Assembly: GCF_009914755.1 (NCBI RefSeq)
Contig: NC_060942.1
Length of the DNA stretch: 64,000 bases
Reading direction: 5' to 3' (one strand)
Source: the human T2T-CHM13v2.0 reference genome, Homo sapiens
Both the position numbers and the translations under genes were made by a program. This document shows, piece after piece, positions 14,142 to 28,901 of the stretch; positions within the stretch are counted from its first letter, which is position 1; each line of letters opens with the position of its first letter. The notes under the pieces are model-generated. The model worked only from the letters and a program-made list of their open reading frames with translations. It made no database searches and had not been told where the DNA came from.

Positions 14142-15511
14142 AAACAGGCACCAAGTAGGTTAGAAGGAATTGGGAAGAGATTTCTTCCAAAAGATGAAGC
14201 GATGAAGTTCTGACAGTTCTGAACACACTGAGAGGATGTTTAATTCTGGCAAAGAGCATGGAGCTTGTAAGTGATAACAGGAAAGTCAGCACGTTTTAAA
14301 ATAATACAATAATTACCTCTAAGGCAAACAAAAGCTGTGCAAGAAAAGAAAGTTAAACACTCTGCAACACGGTTCAACTGTGTATAACACTGTCATAAAT
14401 TTAATACCGTTCACGCTGCCTATTCTCTAATTGGCATTATGGTATATCAATATTAGGAGAATGAGAAGGGAACCCATTTTGGCAGGGTAGGTGGGTGAGG
14501 CATGAAAAAAAAGCTAAAGTCTCATTTTCCATAGTAGGAATTCAACAGATAATATCTAAAACTGAATAATCAAGACAAAAAAATATAAGCATGTTATTTA
14601 GAGACATGAAAGAGAAGCTATAAAAAGTAGCTAAATGAGGTATAAGTGGTCACCTCTGAGAATATGAGGAATGAAGGCAGAAATCTCCTACTTTTAGTAA
14701 AAACTTACAGATACAACTGTTTGGTTCTCTAAAATGTGTACATGGTAAAACTGAAATCAAAGCCCCAAACCAAAACCAAACAGACAAAAAGGAAACAAAC
14801 AGAATTAACCTATGGTAAATTCATATACTTTCCAACATATACTGAAGGAAAGGCTGGAGTGAAGAACTGACTTTCTATCAGTTTCCATACAGTACTTACT
14901 GCAGACTGAAAAGCAGTCTGAGCATCACTGCAAAGAGCAAGTGGACACGACTGGAAGTGTGAGGAGCCTGGAGGCAGCAAGGCTGAGAATAAACTCAAGC
15001 AACAGATAACTAGCAAATACACAAAAAGAGAAAAAGAAATCAAGACGATATACAGAGCAAGACATAATGTCTTTTCATCAACCAAAATTCATTTAAATGT
15101 CATGCTCTTTCTAGATTAATCCCTTCTGTACATTTAAGTGATGTAGGGTATTCTAGGTCAAGACTTTCTTGCTTTCTTTCCAAAAGGTACTTAATGTAAA
15201 AAATAGGCTTTTTAATTACAGTGAACATTCATCAACACAATGGGATCTTAAATACATAAGCCTTCCTTTCAACAGATTTACCCTTGAATTTTACCATTCA
15301 CTAAATGTGAGCACAAAATACATCTAAAATAAGGCACAAGAGTTCCTCATTTGCATTACTACTTTTAGATATCAGATCAAATATAAGGAGCAAAATTAAT
15401 TCATTATCTCAACTGATTAATATATCAATTATAGACAAAATCTACTACATATAGAGAGATTTTTATTGATCTTGTTATCTATATGTATTTGCAAATAAAA
15501 CATATTGAGCA

Positions 15512-16037
15512 CAGTAGGCCCCTTTATCCTTGAGGGATCCATTCCAACACCCCCAGTGGATACCTAAAACCATGAATAGTACCCAACTCCATATATTCTA
15601 AGTTTTATTCCTATAAATATGTAACTACAATAAAGTTTAATTATAAATTAGGCAGGTAGGAGACTAACAATAATAATAACAGAATAGTATAATAAAAATT
15701 ATGTGACTGTGGCCTCTCTGTCTCTCTCTCTAAAATATCTTACTACAATGCACTCATCCTTCTTCGTCTTGTGATTCATCAGTCTGATAACCAAGATTGC
15801 TATACTAAGTGATGAATGGGCACGTATCATATGCAGCATGGGTAAGCTAGACATAGCATGATTCACGTCCTGAGGGGAGACAGAGCATATTTCATCATAC
15901 TACTCAGAATGGCATGCAATTTAAGATGTTAAGTATTGTGTATTTCTGGAATTTTCCATTTAATATTTCTGGACTACAGTCAACCATGAGTAACTGAAGC
16001 TATAAAAGGCAAAACTACAGATAAGAGGAGACTACTG
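15512..16037 (+). mobile_element. MER44-type (Tigger/TcMar) DNA transposon
   Basis: Terminal inverted repeats cagtaggcccctttatc / gataagaggagactactg, followed by TA; internal MER44-like sequence. Confidence 0.82.
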
Positions 16038-18119
16038 TATCTTCATAAACTAGGGAAGGTAAAATCTCTGCTAAGTCAAATGTGTTCAGTATTTTATGGA
16101 CAAAAGACAGCTGAATATTTCTTAGAAAATGCTCAAAGTCTGAAACCACCTCAAAATGGACTTAGAAAAAAACACTTACACATGACTTAAGATGTAAGTA
16201 TGAATACTTTCAACATGTATCCCCTATGGGATACTGCTATAAAGCACCATTTAAAAGATAACTCTGACCAGACATTTAACTGAAGTTCCAATACAGTGAT
16301 TTGTTAGGAGGATGGAGATTTTAGAGGCAGCTGAAACTTAGTAATAATGTAATAAAAGCCTATCATTTTGCACTTGAAGAACTGAATCCCAAGAAGTTAA
16401 GTGATTTGCCTAAGGTCCCATATCAAATGTTTTTTGAGTATGACTTTACAGAAAACTTAGACCTTTGAAAGACATCAATTTTAGAATATAATTTCTTCAG
16501 ATAATTTAAAGACTGTAATTTACTTTGCTTCATACAGCACCTGGCCCAAACCACAGCCTCCATGGACATATAGTAAGCTACATTTATTACTTATCAAAAC
16601 GTGTTGCTGTTGAATGTATTCTAATAATATTTTAATTCACATATCCTATTTCTATAAGGCAAAGAAAACAGTGTTTGTAATTTAATAGGCCCATTAACTG
16701 TCCCAACTTACATTAGGTACACATTTTGTCATGAGTGTGCCAGGAGTATACTTCCTCTCTTCACTTTCTTTGTCTTAAACTTGCCTGTGCCTTTCTAACA
16801 GATGTCATGTATCCAAATTCTACTGCTTACACGAACACAAAGAGTATGATTTATTAGGAAACATGGTTTAAATAATTGGTTAATGTATCCATACCCTCAC
16901 AAAATACGTGATTTGTAATTTAGAGAAATAAAGAGGAAAATTAGCTAGTCATTAGGAAAATCATTGAGATATTCTGTGACTGTAGGCTATCTCATTTTCT
17001 TTGTCCAAAAAGGTAACAAAAAAATTATAAACAAAAGCTTTTATAATGAATAATATTACAAAGTATTAGGTAAAAATAAGGGCAAGGTAAATTTCACAAA
17101 TTCCTCTAGCACAGATTTTTTTTTTCCTGCGTATACTATTATAAACTGATTCATTACCCTACATGGATCCATATGCATCATGAGTCTCATCAGAGACCCT
17201 TCAAACACAGCACCACAAACAACATTAAAGAGTTGGGAAATAAAATAGCCCTGGCTTTGCCTGGCTGGAAGTCTTTAAATTTCCCAGGTCCAGGAGGATT
17301 GGTTGCAGGACACCCACAGTCATCCATGCAGAGCCAGGCTCCCACACCTATTGCCATTTTGGCCTCAGCAGGGAGGGCAGGGCCCAGCACACTGCCCTCA
17401 CTGCACTCAGTCCTCTGAGTGAAGTCACTGAAATTCTCTGACGAGCCAAGTGTGTCAGCAAGAGCAAAAGCCTTTCCCCAAGCAGTACCGTGCTCCAACC
17501 AAAGCCAAAGTTGGGAAATTTATAATTAAATTACATAGGGGTTGTGGTTGGGAGACTTTTGAAAAGGTTTGAATTTTCCTCCTTACAACATTCTTTAAAG
17601 TGCAAAACTGGAGACTCAGTTAATCATTGGGAAATAAAGTCTGTTGTTCTGATGGGGAATGAGAAAACTGGGACAACGTCCAGTTTTTGTTTTCAACTAA
17701 GAAAATTTGAGTGAACTGACAGTGAGGTAGTAGGTACAGGAAAGCTATGGCCTCCCAAGAATAAGAGGCTTTTAGAGAAATGCTTTGAGGAACGCTTCTC
17801 CCCTAGAGCTCTATCCAGGCTTCTGAAGGCGCTGCTGGAGATGGATGAGAAAATGGGGGATGCCTTAACAGGCTTCTTATCTATGCTGGAAAGGTAACCA
17901 GATTTTGTAGCACAAGGGAGACAAAGTCCCCTGAGGACCCTGTGACACTCTCCACAGGACAGCTCCTGGGTGAACCAGGAAGCATTTTCTTCTTACTGGC
18001 AATCCTTTCTGCATCTCAACATCATCAAGCCTTGTGCCCAAAATGCACAAGCAGTCATACCAGAAATATCTGCATGATCATGACTCTCACAGGCAAAGAA
18101 GTGGGTAAAAATCTCCAAA

Positions 18120-18213
18120 TTCTAAGCAACAAAGGGACTATAACGAATCAGCACAGGAACAATCTTCTAAGCAACAAAGGAATTATAACAAACCAGCACA
18201 CAGACAATCTTCT
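18120..18213. repeat. 45-bp period tandem duplication
   Basis: ttctaagcaacaaagg...acaatc occurs twice (18120, 18165). Confidence 0.9.
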
Positions 18214-18983
18214 ATCTTTGCCAAACGTGGCTGGCTGATTGGGAAGCTGAAGCAAATTCTTCAATCAACAATTCTACTACTTTTCTGCCTTTCAGTGAGA
18301 AGACAAAAATCATAAAACCACATGATTAAAAAGAATAATTCTAAATACTGAAAAATCTAAAAATATTCCTATTTGTAAAAAACAATGTACAACTTTAACT
18401 TAGTAAACACACAGTTTTTAAAAAATTACTCATCTACTTATAAAATAATACTTTAGTGATTTTAGAATGTTTTCTGATTAACAAAATTCTTGATTCACAT
18501 TTTAGACTGTAAACATAATTTTATAAGATAAAACAGGCAACAGGGCTTGGAAAGGGGGCATTTTCTTCCAAATGTGCCAGACAAGTCCACTTACCTATAC
18601 ATGTAACCAACCCCAAAAATCTGTGGTCCATTTCTAGACATCAAATGTCACTTAGAATATATTTTCAGAGACGTAGATATATCTTTAAAATTACAATAAA
18701 TTTTGAACCATAACTGCATTTCTGAAATATATCCATTTTGGTCATGATATGAAACACTGTTTTGATCAACTGTTAGATTTAGATTAGTAATATTTCACTT
18801 CAAATCTTTACATCATATTCACTGAAGAAACTGGTCAACATAAGCGGGTGGGGCTAAGGAGGAGATAGTTAATTTAACTTTATAAACTTTTGTATCATTT
18901 AAACAGTCATAATAAGCATTACTATTTCTTAATTTAAATGACTGAGACAGTTTTTAACAAGACCATGACTGAAAGTCAATTTA

Positions 18984-19286
<303 letters not shown>

Positions 19287-20141
19287 TCAAAATTCAACAA
19301 AAAGGAAATCAAGTTGATTTTAAAGTAACTATACTCTGGATCATCTAGATTACCAACTTGTGTGATTGTGTTGCAACTGTTAAAGGAGCTGGTGCCAACC
19401 AGAACTTAAAAGCAAGACTTAGTATGCAGTGTTGGCACAATGTACAAACAAATATTTCATAGCAGTTCAGACAGCACATGAGTGGTCATGAACTGATTCA
19501 CAAACTTAATACAGAGTGGAAAGAACAGACCAAACTGAAAGGAATTTACACTGAAACAGTCATTATTAATTTCCTGTTGTGAGAACTGATTTTGTTTAAT
19601 CAAAATTACATGTGTTGTTTTACATTTTATAAACTTGAAAAATTGGATTTATAATTTTGTTTGATTTTATATTTTAGATTTATGCTTGTGTGATAATTAT
19701 AACCATAAAAATTTTTACTTAGATTTTGGCTTGTACAAATTAAAGTTACATAAGAAAAATAAAGTAGTCAGCAGTAGGGTTTCATGAGAATTATGTTCAT
19801 TTAAATGATGTCCAAATATTAGTCAAGTTCGAGAAAAGACTCTTATAGATAACACAAGTTACGGAGTGACCACGACATGTTTTAAATGTATATGGGCATA
19901 TGAGATGGCAATTGATTTAAAAAAATAAAAATAAACAAAAATAAAACCATGGCAAAAAAAATGATAATTGTTATTAATGTTTTCATTAACATTACTATTA
20001 TGAAAACCATTTATGCAGTAAGTTACTTTTGATTAGTACTATTATTACATAAAACTGTACACATATTTTGAAGGAAGGTTTTGAATTTAATATGTATTTA
20101 TTTTATCACTAAAGAAATAGTGTTAGATAAATAAGTTTAAG

Positions 20142-20335
20142 TCAGAGGTCAGCAAACTTTTTCTGTAAAGGTCCAAGTAGTAAGTATTTTATACTCTGCA
20201 GGTAACTGGCTTTTTCACAACTATTCACCTCAACTTTTGTAGCATGAAAGCAGCCATATGCAATATGTAAGTGAGTGTGGCTATGTTCCAATAAAACTTT
20301 ATTTACCAAAACAAGCTGCAGGCCAGATTTATCTA
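20142..20335 (+). mobile_element. MER58A (hAT-Charlie)
   Basis: cagaggtcagcaaactttttctgtaaagg...gttccaataaaactttatttac...ggccagattt. Confidence 0.8.
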
Positions 20336-21121
20336 ATGTGGGTAGCATCATGCTTTCTATTGATATTATTGGTGATTCAGGTGATAAACTAATTTTCCCC
20401 CAATAAATACAAGAAGAAAATCCCAATGTCTTAATCAGTCAATCTCTTTCAATTATTATATTTTAAACAAAATAATGATATCCTACGTGGACACTGTACT
20501 CCATGGTAGACTCAGAACTCCTACATCCAGAAAATTAACAATTCTGTTCCTTGTTAAACATGCATTTGCCATAATTCTTACTATCGCTTTGGTTAAAAAT
20601 TGTATCATGCATTTAAGTTTACTGAATGATCAAATGATAAAATAAATGTTAAAAAAAATCGGTCAGTTGAATTAGCAGGTACTTTGGAAGCTTAAAATAA
20701 CTCAATTTTGAGTACATTTAAGTAGGTTGTTTAAAAAGGTTACATAAATGTCAGTTATGAATATTTATGTTAAAAAACAGCTTTTTTCTATGCTAAAATT
20801 TAGGAGGCTTCATGAAAAATTAAAGATTAGTTATTTTAAAATAATCATGTTTATTTTAGTGGGCAACTATCATGAAAAACATAAAAATAATTATACTATA
20901 CTCTTGGCATTTCTGTACTATAAGAAAATTCTGATGTGATGAGAAAGTTATTTTTATCCTAACTTTCCATGTTATCATGTATACCAGATTTTATATATGA
21001 AGATGTATCCACATACAATGTACACATGTCAGAAAGGATACTGGTTTCTATACCAACACAGTAAAATTTATCTCATTGTTTTATAATCATATCATATGTA
21101 CCTTTATAAAACCACAGGCTT

Positions 21122-22225
21122 ACAACTGACAAATGGGATCTAAACTAAAGAGCGTCTGCATAGCAAAACAAACTATCATCAGAGTGAACAGGCAACCTAC
21201 ACAATGGGAGAAAATTTTTGTAATCTATCCATCTGACAAAGGTCTAACATCCAGAATCTACAAGGAACTTAAACAAATTTACAAGAAAAAAACAAACAAC
21301 CGCATCAAAAAGTGGGCGAAGGATACGAACAGACACTTCTCAAAAGATGACATTTATGCGGCCGACAAACATGAAAAAAAACCCATCATCACTGGTCATT
21401 AGAGAAATGCAAATCAAAACCACAATGAGATACCATCTCAGGCCAGTTAGAATGGTGATTATTCAAAAGTCAGGAAACAACAGATGCTGGCGAGGATGTG
21501 GAGAAAATAGGAACACTTTTACACTGCTGGTGGGAGTATAAGTTAGTTTAACCATTGTGGAAGACAGTGTGGCAATTCCTCAAGCATCTAGAACCAGAAA
21601 TACCATTTGACCCAACAATCCCATTACTGGGTATATACCTAAAGTTTTATAAATCATCCTACTGTAAAGACAAATGCACACATATGTTTACTGTGGCACT
21701 GTTCACAATAGCAAAGACTTGGAACCAACCCAATGCCCATCAATGACACAGTGGATAAAGAAAATGCAGCACATATACACCATGGAACATTATGCAGCCA
21801 TAAAAAAAGAATGAGTTCATGTCCTTTCAGGTACACGGATGAAGCTGGAAGCCATCATTCTCAGCAAACTAACACAGGAACAGAAAACCAAACACTGTGT
21901 GTTCTCATTCACAAGTGAGAGATGAACAATGAGAACACATGGACACAGGGTAGGGAACATCACACACCGTGTCGGGGGATGAGAAGCAAGGGGAGGGAGA
22001 GCATTAGGACAAATACCTAATGCATGTGGGGCTTAAAACCTAGATGATCGGTTGATAGGTGCAGCAAACCACCATGGCACATGTATTCCTATGTAAAAAA
22101 CCTGCACGTTCTGCACATGTATCCCAGAACTTAAAGTAAAATTTAAAAAAACCAACAGTGGCCAATATAATGTTCTCAATAAAACAGAGCTTCAGGGATG
22201 ACATCTTTAAAAAGCTTAAAAAATA
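21122..22225 (+). mobile_element. 5'-truncated L1PA (L1PA7/8-like 3' end) with a short 3' extension, 16-bp TSD
   Basis: ORF2 C-terminal remnants and 3'UTR to ~22151; ATAAAACCACAGGCTT repeated at 21106-21121 and 22226-22241. Confidence 0.9.
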
Positions 22226-22451
22226 ATAAAACCACAGGCTTTCCTAACTCGCTTTTATGTTATCTCAAAATGTGTTTCAATTTTTCAAAAATGCATTTTT
22301 GGGGGGCTCAAGAACACTGCAAATTTTTCAAAGCAAGCACCCTGATACCTCTTTTATATGCCATGCTATAATTACTTAACTTTAGTGAATTTACATACCT
22401 AAACAGGCAGAATCATTATCTCGTTTTATTAGCAGAAAGCCCCCAAGATTA

Positions 22452-22628
<177 letters not shown>

Positions 22629-23700
22629 TCAAGTTATTAACACAAAGAAGGAAAAGAACCTTTCAAGATATAAAACTTACCACAGACGCTTCATTACACT
22701 TAAAATGAGGGGTGTGCACTTATCAAATGAAGACAAATCTAATTCAGCATTATCCAAAATTTATTTCAATTAACTTCTTTTCCATTGCTTCTTAAGATAT
22801 CTCCCCTCCACCCTCCTGCATATAAAGCCACACTCACAAACTCTCCTCTTATTAAAGCATACTCAAGAACAATCAGAAGGTGTGACAAACTAAATATTAA
22901 GCCATGACTGCAGAACTACATATTGGCACATTATAAAAATATGTCATTGTTTGTGCTACTTTTGTCAGAGTAAGTTTTCCCCTATTTCCTTTATCCCCTC
23001 CAGCAGCTTTGGGCAGGGGTGAAAGGAAAGCACAGTGTGCCAAGGTCAAGGTAGAAAAGAAAGAATTTCTTTGAAGAACCAAGAAAAGTATCATCCCACA
23101 AAGAAAAGTATGACGCAAAAGAAGATTCTGCAGCTTTTCCTATGGCTAAGGATGTAGCAATTCTAGGATGAGGACCCATTTTCCCTTCTCTCCACTCAGG
23201 TAAATGGAAGCTGGAGAGCAGTCGCTGAGGACTCTCTCTGACCATGCCTTCAGGGGGATCTGTCATCTTTTATCTAATTCCACTATAATGTAAACTTTAT
23301 AGGACGTTAACCCCGAGGAGATCCATCTAGGTGTACTTCAGCACCTATGAGATACTTGAAAACTGCACCTTCCCCAGGGCAATCCTTGGTGTTTCTCAAC
23401 CCTTTTGTCATTAGTGGCTCTCTAAAGAGTTTATTTCAGAAAATGTTTCCTCATTGCCATCCCCACAAGATTTTAATTCCACACATATACTGTATATCTC
23501 TTTATGTACTATATGTATATCTGTACTTTGTACATAAAAAGGCTAAGTATAGAGCTTACTGTTTTTATTCAATACAGGCTTAAGAAGAGCCGAATAAAAC
23601 ATTTAAGCTGAAAATTAAATTAAAAATTAAAGACCTATTAATACCAAATTTAGCTTTGCACCTATACTTGCTGAATAACTTTTCATGTAATTTATTTACT

Positions 23701-23725
23701 TATATATATATATATATATATATAT
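23701..23725. repeat. (TA)n microsatellite
   Basis: Direct reading. Confidence 0.95.
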
Positions 23726-25167
23726 CATCACAATGTGTCAATTTACATACATAAATTAGCAATTCATAAAAAACAACAGCAATATAATAAATTCTTATAA
23801 AATCATTTAAAACTTATTTTTTTCAGAAAAAAATTTTAAAAACTTCTTTAAAAATATTCTTAGTGAACTTTTAAAACTTTTTGCTAGATATGAGAAAACA
23901 ATTTTTAATTTAACCAGCTAATAGATGTACATTCAGATATTGACATTTTTTCCTTTCAGCGCTTGATATAATTAATGATGGGTTAAACAACTTTTATGTA
24001 ATTAAATATATACTACTTTCAATTAATTTTCAAAGCTCAAATCATACAGAAAAGCAAGAGGATCAATAAAAAGCATTCACAAGGCAGCCAATAGCAGCCA
24101 AGATACACAGACCACCTTTTGCTATATGACCTTGGGATCAAACAATCAACCAAAGGTCCTCCAGCTGCTGTCATCTATTCACCACAGTTTTGTGGCACTA
24201 GTCTTGCATACATCTTGTGTATCTTCCATGAACTCAACGTCAATGCTTCTCAAGGAATTCTCAAGAAAAACCAGGAAGAGAAATAGTAATAAGATTGTCT
24301 CAGGTAGAGTTGAGCTTTGGAAGCCTACAAACTATTTTAATTTCTAAGATGTTTTTGCCTCACCCTCTTCTCCCCAGAATCAATGTTCACTCCTTAGAGA
24401 CTGGGGGTGATATCACCTTGTTGAGCTTGTCCAGTCTAACCTAATAAGCTTAGTTAGGGTATCACTGCCACTTGTTGAATTTCTAAGGAATTACTATTCC
24501 TTTAACATCGAGATCATTTTAACACTGATGAGATGCTGAGAACTGGCTTTGCTGGGTATCATAACACACTTCATTTTCCAGACCTAAAACCAAGTAAATC
24601 CATAGTTCAAATAAAACTGAAAGGCAAAGAGAATTACCAAATGGTCAATTACTTCATTATAAATGATTGTTTTCATTTTCAAAACAATTATATTAGATTT
24701 TGACAAAGATCCTACTTTGCTTTAATTTTCTCCACTAAGCATTACATTCAACTTTTCATCATAGAATATTTTCCCCTGGAGATAACATTAGATCACAAAA
24801 TATATATACATTTCAATAATTTAGGACCTTAGGAAATTTTTGATATATTCTAGATTGGCTTATACTTGTTATTGGGAATGTTTTATTAAGCTTTTGGCCT
24901 TAGCCATAGTTTATAAGAATAGTTAATACCCAGAACTCACTGTACTTTCTAACATCACACAGAGAGCTTTGCCCTCATTTAAACTGAAAACTCAAGGGTA
25001 GTCCTTTATTATACTACACACTTGTCTTAATTGGTACCATTAAAAGGCATCCAAACTATAAAACACATTATCAAAGCCTTCCAAAATACTAGCAAAAAGA
25101 AACTCAAAAAGTAACCTTCAAGTGAATATCTGAAACAGAGTAAGTTTTTTTTCCTCAGTATTATTCA

Positions 25168-25374
<207 letters not shown>

Positions 25375-25617
25375 TCAAATCAAACATGCCATATAAAAAG
25401 CCCATCTCAGTGATACAGCATTTTACTTTTGTAACACAATAAAAAATAAAATATTAACCATAATTTTTCAAGATCTGAAATTAACACATAGCAGACAAAG
25501 CATTATTTTTCTCATAAGCATGTCATTAACAGCCATATTAATACTGTCAACTATACACCAAACAAAGCAATGTTTTCAAAGTCCAGTTTTGAATTCCATT
25601 TAAAGAAGTAAAGTCTT

Positions 25618-25902
25618 GGCCAGGTGTGGTAGCTAACACACCTGTAATGCCAGTCCTTTGAGAGGCCAAGGTGGGCAGATGGCTTGAGCCCAGGAGTTTG
25701 AGACCAGCCTGGGCAATACGGCGAGATCCTGTTTCCACAAAAAATATAAAAATTAGCCGGGCCTGCAGTCCCAGCTACTTGGGAGGCTGAGATGGGAGGA
25801 CCACTTAAGCCCAGAAGGTAGAGGCTATAGTGAGCTGTGATCACACCACTGAACTCCAGCCTGGGTGACAGAGTAAAACCCTGTTTCAAAAGAAAAAAAA
25901 AA
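25618..25902 (+). mobile_element. Alu (AluJ-like)
   Basis: Dimeric Alu with ttgagcccaggagtttgag diagnostics and an A tail. Confidence 0.9.
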
Positions 25903-26373
25903 GTCCCATATTTTTCAAGTAGTCAAATTATGAAATCAATATTATGGAAGAAGTGGAAAAGTGTATAACAAAGCCATAAAGTCTATAATTTTGTAAAGAA
26001 AGAAAGATTACAAAAACACCCTTCAAAGTGCATAAGCAGGGGTGGGGGGAAGCTAGCCTAGTTATTGCTACAAATAAAATGCAAATATGTTCTATTTTTG
26101 CCCTCAGCATAAAAATACTATTATTAATTATAAAAGAAAAAATTAAATCATCTTCAATATTACCAACAAAACCATCTCTGGAATTTGCCTGATGCTAATA
26201 TTGTTAAGTATTAACTGGCAAAAGTACTTTTCAGAAAAATAATCCTCTGAATATGTAACAATTAAAGAATGAGCTGTGATGTCTCATTTGTCCACTACCC
26301 TCAAGCAATGAGCCAGTTACATATAAGTGAATTTTATAAAGATATTCTGAAATCAGTCATTCTCTCTCTCTGT

Positions 26374-26405
26374 ACACACACACACATACACACACACACA
26401 CACAC
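26374..26405. repeat. (CA)n microsatellite, one interruption
   Basis: Direct reading. Other (CA)n runs at ~12437-12459, ~52008-52043 and ~58109-58135. Confidence 0.9.
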
Positions 26406-27019
26406 TTTTTTTCCTCTCACCTTATTCTGGGGTTGTAAGAGTGTAATGAAGAGTCGAGAGCCTGTTGTAAATTTGTGGAGTATGTGTCTCTGAGGTCAAT
26501 GGTCTCAGACTATTTACAAATAGTTCTGCCCTACTTCTCCTGATGAATACGTCCTCCCTTTATCTAATCTGCCAACTTACTTTATATAAAAGCGTAGGTG
26601 GCTCCAGGCTTCACAAACTCTTCAGTTTGTGAAATTTAATTTGTTTACTGCCGTGAAGTCTTGAGACTTCATATTACATTCATACTCTACACTACTGAAA
26701 TTATAGCAAGTCTGACCTCTGGATGTATGAAATATTACCATAAATAGATAAACCATGCCAGGTGAGGCAAGAAGAAGTGTTATAGAGAAAACGCTGAATT
26801 GCTAAAGATTCTTTTGTATATGATCACATTCAAGATTAAATAAAATATTCATATCTTAAGAGTAGTTGATAAAGTAACTCTTTTTCTATGTATGGCCCTC
26901 TTAAAAAAAAATACCAACCAACTGACCACAGACTTTAATCCATCATACCTTTAGCAGAGTATCACCCCACCAGCAGGGCTCTGGCCACCCCATCTGCCGC
27001 AGGCACTCGCAGCCTGCTC

Positions 27020-28040
27020 CCTCACCTCCCCAGCTTTCTGCTTAAGTGTCACCTTCAGGAGGCCCCTCCCCTTTCTGACACACCCTTTTACCCATCCTCA
27101 ATTGCTTTTTTCCATACCATTTGTGACTATCTGATACAATGCATTTTATTTACTTGTTCACTGTCTGTCTCCTGCATTTATGGCACAGACTCTACGTGAG
27201 GAGAGATGCTCATCTGCTTTGTTCAAGGATATATCACTAGCACCTAGAACAGAATCTGGTAAAGCAGAGGCTCAAGAATTTTCTGAAATGAGTGAATGAT
27301 CTTATATAAATACCAAGAGCCCAGAAGCATTTAATCTACATAAGGCCAGCTGGTGCAGTGGTTAAGAATGTGGGCCCTGGAACTGACCTGCATAGGTTGG
27401 AATCTATGTCAGAGACCTTGGACAAGTCACTCATCTCTCTGGGCCTCAGGCATTTCCTTTATAAAATGACATTAATGATAACTTCATGATTCTTGTGAAG
27501 ATTACATGAATTAACAAAAACAAATGCCCATAAATGTTTGCTACTGCTATTATTCATTCATCCCACAAGTATCAAGTGAGCACCTGTCATGAGACAAGCC
27601 CTATGCCAGACACTCAGAACACAATGGAACATAACAGCCAGCAAGGTCCTGACTTCATGGAGCTGACTGTGCCCCTCTGGCCTCATCTTGCCCTCATAGA
27701 TTCTGCTCCAGCGACTCCACCCTCCTTGCTGTTTCTTGGATAGGCCAAGCATACCCCAACCTCAGGGGTCTTGCAATGACCATAGGACTAGCTTCTTCAC
27801 TAACTTTGGGTCCCACGACACTGCCTAATCATCCTAAGTGGAATAGCCCTACCCTTCCAACTCTGACATCACTTCCTGTCCCCTGCTTTAGTTTTTCTTC
27901 TGAGATGTCTATCATCTTCAGGCATATATGGATTTTCTAATTATCTATTCTCCCAACTTGAGGGAAGGGTCTTTGTTTTATTCACTTGGAGAAGATTCAG
28001 GCACACAGCAAGTACTCAACAAAGATTTGCTGGATGGAGA
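27020..28040. mobile_element. Cluster of degenerate L2 and MIR fragments
   Basis: L2 3'-end motifs (agcacctagaacag...aatgagtgaatga; agtactcaacaaagatttgctg) and a MIR core (gaccttggacaagtcactcatctctctgggcctcag). Confidence 0.6.
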
Positions 28041-28810
28041 GCAGAAAAATGGAGGAGACAGTCATTATGCAATAGGCATGCTCAGGTGAAAACACTGCAC
28101 CAGGACAACAGCTTCAAAGACCATGCGTGTAGCATTCCCAAACTTTGTAATGGGGTCTGTCTTATTCAGCTCAAAGAACACATCTCAAAGCAAGAGATAT
28201 TGGTCTACTTCACCTTTAATTCATCACCTCCTAAATAAATCTTGTAGCCCTTCTTAAAATTTGATTTTGAAATAAAATTTCTGTTAGCAACAGCTACATG
28301 AATAATTGTTAAGCATGTTTTATAAATAGATTCTAGCTATAGGCAAGAATTTAAAACTAAATATCTGTGAAGGAACAAGAATAAATCATTTTTATCAAAT
28401 TGGGTTTTGAAAATACACATAACTTAGCCACCAAATATTTTAACAACTTTAACTTTGGTGTAAATAACAGAGATAGCCTAAAATCACAGAAGCAGGAAGT
28501 GAACTATACCAATGTCCCTCTTTATTATTAAAGTGGTGCTCCAAGATATCCAGACACTTGATCATACATTTAAAGCTGGTTAATGATGGAGTCAAGAATA
28601 GAATCTAGGTCTTCAAACCCCACCTCTCTTTTCTGACATCCAGACATGTCCCATATTAAAATTTCAAGTAACGTATTTCGAATAATCTCATCATACCATG
28701 TATATTTTGAGAGGTTTTCATCCTTTTCCTATGACTAGTATCTCCTCAGCAAGATTTTTATTTTTGACACCTAACGTAAACAAACCCACAAACAGACTTG
28801 AGATGCTTAC

Positions 28811-28901
28811 CTGAGCCTGAGTGTGTTCAGCTGGAGGTGATGAAGGCAGCAGGGCTCTGAGTTCCTGGACACATGTCTGTATGAGGGTAGCATCTGCAAT
28901 G
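28811..28901 (-). CDS. RTTN: RTTN exon (~ex37), 91 nt, (S)[10 protein letters not shown]...EHTQAQ
   Basis: Acceptor tttttctgatcgtcacAG, donor CAG|GTAAGC; phase 2/0. Confidence 0.93.

Noticed and set aside
22930-23420. Unique-looking segment with overlapping 73-91 aa ORFs, possible pseudogene fragment
   Set aside because: No recognisable protein similarity, splice framing, poly-A or TSD.
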